A stretch of DNA of 64,000 nucleotides from the human T2T-CHM13v2.0 reference genome, Homo sapiens, in NCBI RefSeq assembly GCF_009914755.1, contig NC_060944.1. One strand, written 5' to 3'. Below the pieces are notes generated by a model, which saw only the letters and a list, made by a program, of their open reading frames with translations, was not told the origin of the DNA and did no database searches. Position numbers and translations under genes: made by a program. Of this stretch, positions 56,557-64,000 are shown one piece after another (position 1 is the first letter of the stretch; each line of letters begins with the position of its first letter).

Positions 56557-57331
56557 CAGGCTAGCCCCATTATATAGAAGAGCATAGAGAGATTCTGGGA
56601 GGAGGGATGACCTGTCCGGGGCCTTTGTTGAGGTCCTGGTGGAGGATCTCCCAGACCTCAAAGGCAGAGCTCCTCTCCTCACCCCACTGTCTTTCTTAGG
56701 ACCTGCCTCCTGCTCCACCACACAGTGCCCATTCCCTGGTACTAGACTTGCTAAGGCCTCTTGATCCCTGAAAGTTCAGGGACAGGAACTGGTGGGCACA
56801 ACTACAGTCACTCACTTCTCTGTCCCCTACTGCAGATTCTGTGCCAAACAATACATGATAATGACCTGCTTTCCACTCTTTCACCAGATGTGGATGAGGC
56901 ACCTACTGCATGCCAGGCATGTGTGGGCAATGGACAGAGACCCCTGGGAAATAAGTAGATGTGAGCTCCTCAAGGCCAGGGGCATCCCTTTCACTTGCTG
57001 CTACCCTGTGAGGGATGGAGGGGCACCCTGAAGCATTGGAGAAGTGCATGAGTGACCTAGCTCAGATGATGATATCATAGTAACCCTGTTTATTATTTAT
57101 CACCTACCATGTGCCAGGCCTTGTGCGAAGTACTTTGCACACATTACCTGCCATAAAGCTCAGAGACAACTGTAGGAGTGAATCTGTTATAACTCCCACT
57201 TTACAGGGGAGGAAACTGACGCCCAGAGAGGTGAACCAGTCTTCCCCAGGCCTTGCACCTAGTCTCTAGGATGTGGATTCAGGCGGTCTGTCTCACAGAT
57301 CCCCTCATCCTCTTCGTTTTTGCTCCTGCAG

Positions 57332-57723
57332 CCCTCTGGCCTGTCCCCAGGACCCTGTAACCTTGGCCACCCCCAAGATGACCTGGACATGGGCTTCAGC
57401 AAAGGCAGCAACCCCAGCATATCTCCATTTGATAGGGAGGAACCTCAGGCCCACCACAGGAGCCCTGGGCTGCAGGTGGTATAGGTGCTGGCTGAACCAC
57501 AGTGCACCCATGTTGGAGGATGCAACATAGGATGGGCAGCAGCAGGAGGTCTCCCTGCCCAACAACTGGTAGTGGTACCTGAGAACAAAGGAGGAGAAGG
57601 AAGCTTTGGATACAGGTGTGGAGAAGCCCAAGGAGGAAGAAAAAGACTTGGACTATGGGCTGCTGGATGGCCTCAAGGACCCCCTCCCCGAAAAGGAATT
57701 TTGAGACTTATACCCAGGGCTGA
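57332..57723 (+). pseudogene. BSND: BSND (barttin) pseudogene last coding exon (exon 4; symbol is the parent gene)
   Basis: ctgcag| acceptor, then [55 protein letters not shown] and ..TQG*, matching the barttin C-terminus with frameshifts and stops. Confidence 0.88.
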
Positions 57724-59661
57724 GATGAAAGTGCTTCCTATTTTCTATCCTGGAACTGCTGCAAACCTCGGTGTGACATCACAGGGCCTCATTTCCCTAT
57801 TTGTAAAATGGGATTTTATGGGGGTTCCAATGAGAGACTGGACCGAGAGCATTTTGAGAATTGTAAAAAATGTACATTGAGGGAATAATTATTATCAATG
57901 GGCCATTGCTCTTCCAATAGTTAGTATTCTTTAGCAAATATTGGAAGGTAAAATATGATTTATTGAGGAGGTTTGCAGCAGCTGAGGCCCTCAAGAGTCT
58001 TTTCTGTCTCCGTTCAAAGCTGGCCTCTGACAGGGACCTTCTTGGTGCTACCCCTGGGCCCCTCATTCTTTGTGCAGGCTTCTCAGGGTTCTTATTTCTA
58101 TTGCATCTTGTGGTTCCCTGGTGGATGGCATGCTCCATCTTCACTCAGAGCTAACTGCATCTCCTCCAGGCCCATGTCCCTTGTGCAGCACCCATTGCTT
58201 CCTCACCAGGATTCAAAACCTTCTGTGACTGACCTCTGCTGACCTCCCAACTTTATCTCCCCTCATTCTTTCTGCTCCTCCAGTTACATGCCTGAGCCCC
58301 TCAATCCTGTGGCTCACACTCTCACCCAAGCTGTTCTCCATCAGGATTTGCTTGGCTCCCTTTTCTGCTAGGCAAATTTGTGTTCATCCTTCCAAGCCTT
58401 GCACAGATGTCCTCCTCTGAAAGCTCTCCCTGAGGTCACAGAGTCCTGGAACAAGGTAGTCATTGCTCCTCTGCTGCCTCTGCATTTTGTGCCTTTATCA
58501 CTTTGGTGTGACTGCCCGCCTCCTGCTGAATGGAGGCATTTTGGCTTTACTCACCTCAGTATCTCCTGGGTCCAGCTGGGTGTCTGGCCTGGCCCAGAAT
58601 CAGTGCTCATCAAGGGTGTATAGAACTCACAAGGACCCAGGAATGTTTTGTAAATAATACCACCCTCCCACACTTCTCCAATGCTTACTTTCTAAGCTCC
58701 TTTACTCTTTGACGTTCAAATTTCTAAATGGCCTGTATGTATTTACAAAGCCTGGGAAAACGCCTTCAGAGGACAAACACACCCCACCAGCAAAATGTAT
58801 TTGCATTGACTAGGATTATGGATGATATTCAGCCTTCTGGCAAATGAATCATTTGGCATTGGCTGAGTATCTGCTCTGTGCCAGATACTAAGCTGTGATC
58901 TCTAGAAAGAGACATGAACTACTGACACAGTCCTTGACCCCGAAGAGCTCAGAATCCAGTGAGCTTGATTTCTTGTAAGTTAGAGACAGAGTTCAGAGCA
59001 GAAGCTGAGGCAGGAGAAGAGAAGTAAAATGGACACATCAGAGGCAGTGACAGCCACACAGCTGTCTGGGGACACTGAGTGCAGCAACAAATAGCTTAGG
59101 CTGCCTTGGCAGCCCACGAAGGTATCACGGTTTCCTATTGCAGCATCTCAGTGATGCTTTTGTTATGCTGATCTCTGTAAAGCCCCTCTGTGCCCCAGCC
59201 CAGGATGGTGACTGCCATGCTGTGGAGAAAAGGGCAGTGACCAGGACCACAGGCTCAGAGCTTGCACCCTGGACCACCTGGGAATGGGAGCCCTTCACAT
59301 GTTCTCTACCTCTGTGTTCAGGTTGGGGGTCCTGGCCAAGGAAGGGAGATGACCCCCATGCGGGGTCAAAAGGACACACTCCCGGGAACAGACTGTCTCT
59401 TCTTTCTGGGTAATTTCTGCCTCTGCAGTGAATGGTGAAACCAGACACATCCTCTCTGTTGGTATGACACAAAGACAGGCGTTAATGCTCATGGGCTGAA
59501 TCTTCAGATGAGGGGAGGTGTAGCAAACTCCTGTGCTCTGATGACTAAGGCAGGGACACATGTCACCCCATTGGAATGAGTGTCAGACCAATGGCTAAAA
59601 TAAAATCATTTTCAATATTCAAAGGAATCACCTTCATTCATCTACAAATACTTTTCCTTTT

Positions 59662-59977
59662 CTTTCTTTCTTTTTTTTTTTTTTTTTTGAGAAGGAGTTT
59701 TGCTCTGTCGCCTAGGTTGGAGTGCAGTGGCATGATCTTGGCTCACCGCAACTTCTGCCTCCTGGGTTCAAGCGATTCTCCTGCCTCAGCCTCCGGAGTA
59801 TCCGGTGTAGCTGGGACTACAGGTGCCCACCACCACATCTGGCTAATTCTTGTATTTTTCATAGAGACAAGGTTTCACTATATTAGCCAGGCTGGTCTTG
59901 AGTTCCTGACCTTTTGATCCGCCTACCTTGGCCTCCTAAACTGCTGGGATTACAGGTGTGAGCCACCGCGTCTGGCC
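59662..59977 (-). mobile_element. AluS element
   Basis: Full dimeric Alu with poly-T head. Confidence 0.9.
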
Positions 59978-62900
59978 CAAGTTTTTTTCTATAAAACCAC
60001 ATATTGCACTCAGGGTAGGGTAAATGATGCATCATGCCTGCTGGCAACATGGGCCCTATCTGGAAAGCGAGTGCCCACCACCATAGCACAGTTCCATGCA
60101 GTGCCTGTGTGGTGCTGAATCTCAGGAGCAGCCCCAATCCTGTGAACCACAACTACAGGGACCTTAGACATAAGCAAATACTTCTGGTGGCCAGGCCTGC
60201 CAGCAAGCAGATGCTAACCCTGTCCTGGGGGCCTGCAGAGAGGTCGGGCCAGTGCAGAGGTGGTGAGACCCATGTCTGGTCTCCCCAACTCCCACCCATG
60301 CTATGCAATGGGGGCGACCACGCACCCGATCTGCCTGGGAGGGTCCTAGTGTGCCCACTGCCTTGCTGAGTTATGAGGGATGCTGCCTCTCACATCTCAC
60401 CGGTATCGCATTTGAAGGACAAATTATGTCTTCCCTTCCCCACCCTGTGGACCTCCGTTTCCTCATGTGCAAGTGGGGGATGATAGGCTTACATGGTTAT
60501 GCAGTGGGGGTATCAATGGGATCCATCTGTCAATACCTTGCATCCAGTGACCACCTGGAGCACACCTGCAGTTCGCAAGTTAGGCTTCCTGCTGCAGTGA
60601 GGGGAGCAAGCACTGCCTGGAGCCAGGGAGCTTCTCTGAAGGAGGTGTTGGAAAGGACTTGTTCCAGAATTTGGGCTTGTATTGGGAGCTTGGGGGAAGG
60701 TTGAAAGAAGCCTTTGCTCCAGATTGGATGCTGTCAGAGGCAGGGTGGATTCTATCACCTGGCATCTTCCCCAATCTTACCTAGAAGGAAGGAAGACAAG
60801 ACCAAAGCTAACGCTGCAATTGACAGAGGTAGTGGTCATGACATAGACACAGGGGAGGGGGTGTGAGGTCATTTTTGTCCATGTTTTGCATGAGCTGAGC
60901 CATGATAGCTACCAAGTGACCTTGCTTTGTCTTGACCCATCATGGTCACAGAGCGAACTTGTCTGATGCTGACAACCTGTGCAGTTCAACAGGAGAACAC
61001 CAACGTCTTGCCAGCAGTGGCTGCTGTCCTCCTGAGGCCTCGCTTCTCCTCCTCTGGGGCCTACTGCTGACCGTGGGAGGTGTGGAGTGGGAAGGGAATA
61101 TGCCGTGGGTTTTTTTTTTTTTTTTTTTTTGCAGAACAAGGACAGGGGACTCTGATGCCTTCAGCTCTGGCCATCCTGAGTGCTGTGATCTGCTTCCCCT
61201 GCTTCCTACACCACCCGCAATCCCACCACGCTGCTGCAGTCACTGCCAACTCATAGTGCCTTCTAAGGGCCCCAGTGTCTCTGGGACACCCCTCTCCCCT
61301 GGGAGGGAAGCCAGGTGCTCATGAATGTCCCAGGTGGAGGTGCTGAAAAAGTGTGGAGATGCCTTCTTGAGTGTCAAAGTCTGGGATTCCAGCTTTCAGC
61401 CTCAGGCTCCAGGTGTGTGTGCTGAAGTGGAATTTTCTTCTCTCGTTCACTCTCCTGTCTGGTCAGAGGAACTTGGGGAGTTTCCTCTCTAGGGGAGGGA
61501 AAGGCCCTGGAGAGGTGGCCTTGCCCTGAACTGGGGAGGGGTGGGCATGGGAAAGCAGGGGCCTGGGCTCTGCCTACTGCTTGCTGAGAGCTTGGACATA
61601 GCACTGCCCTCCCTCAGCTCCTGTCTCCTTTCTCTGTATGATTAGGTGGAGGTGGATGGGATTCTGCTTCTACTCCCAGTCCTTGGGCACCATGTCAGGT
61701 ACTCACACACTTATGACCCCATCTGGTCTTTGGAATAGCACTGGGGGATGGATCTGTCAATCTCACGTTGCAAATGTTTGTTCTAAATCCCACACTCTGA
61801 AGTCAGAAAGACCTGGGTTAGCCCTCAGCCACTGACGGTTGCTTGCTATGTGACCTTGGACAAGTCACTGCCCTTCTCTGAGCCTCAACACCCACATTTA
61901 CACAGGGGAAGAATAATACCTCCCTCTTGGGCTGCTGTGAAGCAGAGCTAATGCGTACATTGCCTCAGGCACATTGCAGGTGCTCAAAGTGTTGGTCTTT
62001 CCTTCCCTTTCTAGGTCTCCATTTCCTCATCTACACAGTAGGGAGCAACTCTGTCCTGATTATAAATAAGACAACAGGTGAATGCACTCAGCAAGCCTAG
62101 GGGCAAGGATGCGTAGAGAAGCTTCTTGCAAAGGTGAAGAATGTGTGCTCTGAGCCCCGTGCTGAGAGGCAGGTGAGAGGACAGCAAGCCCAGCGACTGA
62201 GGCCTACAAAATGCCCCCTGCAGAGAGGGAGGAGGAGCAGTGTTCTAAGGCGGGTGGGAGGCAGCATCCCCAGTGCTTGCAGGAGGAGCAGGACTGTTGT
62301 GCTTGCTCAGGTGGGTGGTAGGTTAGGTTCTTAGGTATCTGCTGGGTATCAGATGCTGCACAAGCATCATCTCCGTGAACTTAATCTTTCCATCATCCCT
62401 GAGAGGTGGGCATTACAGGGGCATAGTGGGATTGAAACACAGGTCCCCTGAGCCTGTGCCTTTTCTACAAGGCAATTTAGTTCACATGTAATAATAGGAC
62501 CCAAAAATACACCTGCTATGCTGTGCTCACCTGATTTCATAACATCCTTGTGACCTGCCAGGTTGGTGAACTGTCATCATTTTATGGATGAGAAAACTGA
62601 GGCTCAGAGAGGGTGAATAATTTGCTCATCCTTCCAAAGAACTAAAAGGAAGAGAGGTGCTATAGCTGTGGGGCCTTCTATTCCTGGTAGGAAGTGTGCA
62701 GTACCCAAGGCCATTCTGACCCCAGTGCAGGCAGGAGAAAAGGCACATCAACAAATCCAGCAGCAAGCTTCCACTGAGGGCCTCCCTGGCCTTTCCTTGC
62801 ACTAGTGCTGAGGGAGAAACAGCCTTGTTCCTTCACCTAACATGGCTTCTTGCTGCCCCCAGGATAAAGGTCAGAGTCCTCAAGTCTGTGTTTGAGACTC

Positions 62901-63149
62901 TTCATGGTCTGGTCCCACCTGCGTTTCCAGCGAAATCCTCCACCAGGGTCCCCAGTGCAGCAGCCCTGGCCACCTGTCCCATCCTACCATCCTGACTTGG
63001 CTCAAGCTGCTCCCTCTGTCCCATGGTCTTCACACATAGAACAAGGAGAAGCTTGATATAGGCTAACCTGAATTTTCCATTTGAGAGCATTTTCAGCTTC
63101 TGGAAACAGACATTTCACCCAAAATTCCAGATTCCCTGCTTCTCTGAAA

Positions 63150-63166
63150 ATACATACATACATACA

Positions 63167-63196
<30 letters not shown>
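63150..63196. repeat. (TACA)n microsatellite
   Basis: Direct reading. Confidence 0.9.
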
Positions 63197-63200
<4 letters not shown>

Positions 63201-63225
63201 AATCTGCTCTTACTCTGCACTATTC

Positions 63226-64000
63226 TGTTTTCTGAGACAGAGTTTCACTCTTGTTGCCCAGGCTGGAGTGCAGTGGTGTGATCTCCACTCCCCACAACCT
63301 CCGCCACCCAGTTTCAAGTAAGTCTCCTGCCTCAGACTCCTGAGTAGCTGGGATTTACAGGCATGCACCATCATAGCCGGCTAATTTTCATGTACTTTTT
63401 TTTAGTAGAGATGGAGTTTCATGATGTTGGTCAGGCTGGTCTCCAACTCTTGACCTCAGGTGATCTACCAGCCTCGGCCTCCGAAAGTACTGGGATTACA
63501 GGTGTCAGCCACCTCACTTGTCCAGTCTGCACTATTCCTTAGTGTCAGACAATTTGAGCCAAACAATGTCTTTCTCATTTGGACGTGACCTTCAGGGTCT
63601 AATTTTTGTATTTTCAGTATAGACCAGTTTTTTTTTTTTTTTTTTGACAGAGTTTCACTCTTGTCCCCCAGGCCAGATGGTGCAGTGGCATGATCTCAGC
63701 TCAATGCAACCTCCGCCTCCTGGGTTCAAGTGATTCTTCTGCCTCAACCTCCCGAGTAGCTGGGATTACAGTCGCCTGACACCACACCCAGCTAATTTTT
63801 TGTATTTTTAGTAGAAACAGAGTTTCACCGTGTTGGGCAGACTGGTCTCGAACTCCTGACCTTAGGTGATCCACCCTCCTCAGCCTCCCAAAGTGTGGAA
63901 TTACAGGCATGAGCCAGAGCCTGGCCTCACCTGGCTAATTCTTTGTATATTTGAAGAGACAGGGTTTCACTGTGTTGGCCAGGATGGTCTTGATCTCCTG
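63226..64000 (-). mobile_element. Alu cluster (AluS 63226-63525 with TSD; AluS ~63628-63927; partial Alu running off the window)
   Basis: TSD tctgcactattc at 63214-63225 and 63526-63537; canonical Alu motifs. Confidence 0.88.

Noticed and set aside
57724-63150. Assorted 60-130 aa ORFs downstream of BSND exon 4
   Set aside because: No recognisable homology; typical chance ORFs in GC-rich DNA with MIR/L2/Alu fragments

Overview
Primate (human-like) genomic DNA with no intact known gene. It reads as a mosaic of segmental duplications of the pericentromeric type. The AT-rich left part (1-18.9 kb) holds a 5'-inverted (twin-primed) L1PA insertion with an 18-bp TSD, a vomeronasal type-1 receptor (V1R) pseudogene, old L1/Alu copies, and a truncated class III ERV (LTR47-type) that keeps env remnants but lacks the RT core. 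The GC-richer right part holds a solo LTR1 and a GC-box/ZNF143-type promoter with a first exon resembling RPP40 exon 1. It also holds a single NCOR1 exon with intact splice sites and barttin (BSND) pseudo-exons 1 and 4 lying about 26 kb apart. Two further exons splice in frame onto BSND pseudo-exon 1, giving a FAM182-like chimeric 163-codon ORF. Other features are a ~3.2-kb 18/19-bp CAGGTG-rich minisatellite with an internal inverted block, a CpG-island-like segment and two related complex (GAT/GGT)n tracts. The V1R/NCOR1P/BSNDP/FAM182 combination recalls duplicons at human 20p11 and 7p11, but the exact locus cannot be fixed without alignment. Gene and repeat identities come from recalled sequences, not database searches, and repeat boundaries are approximate.
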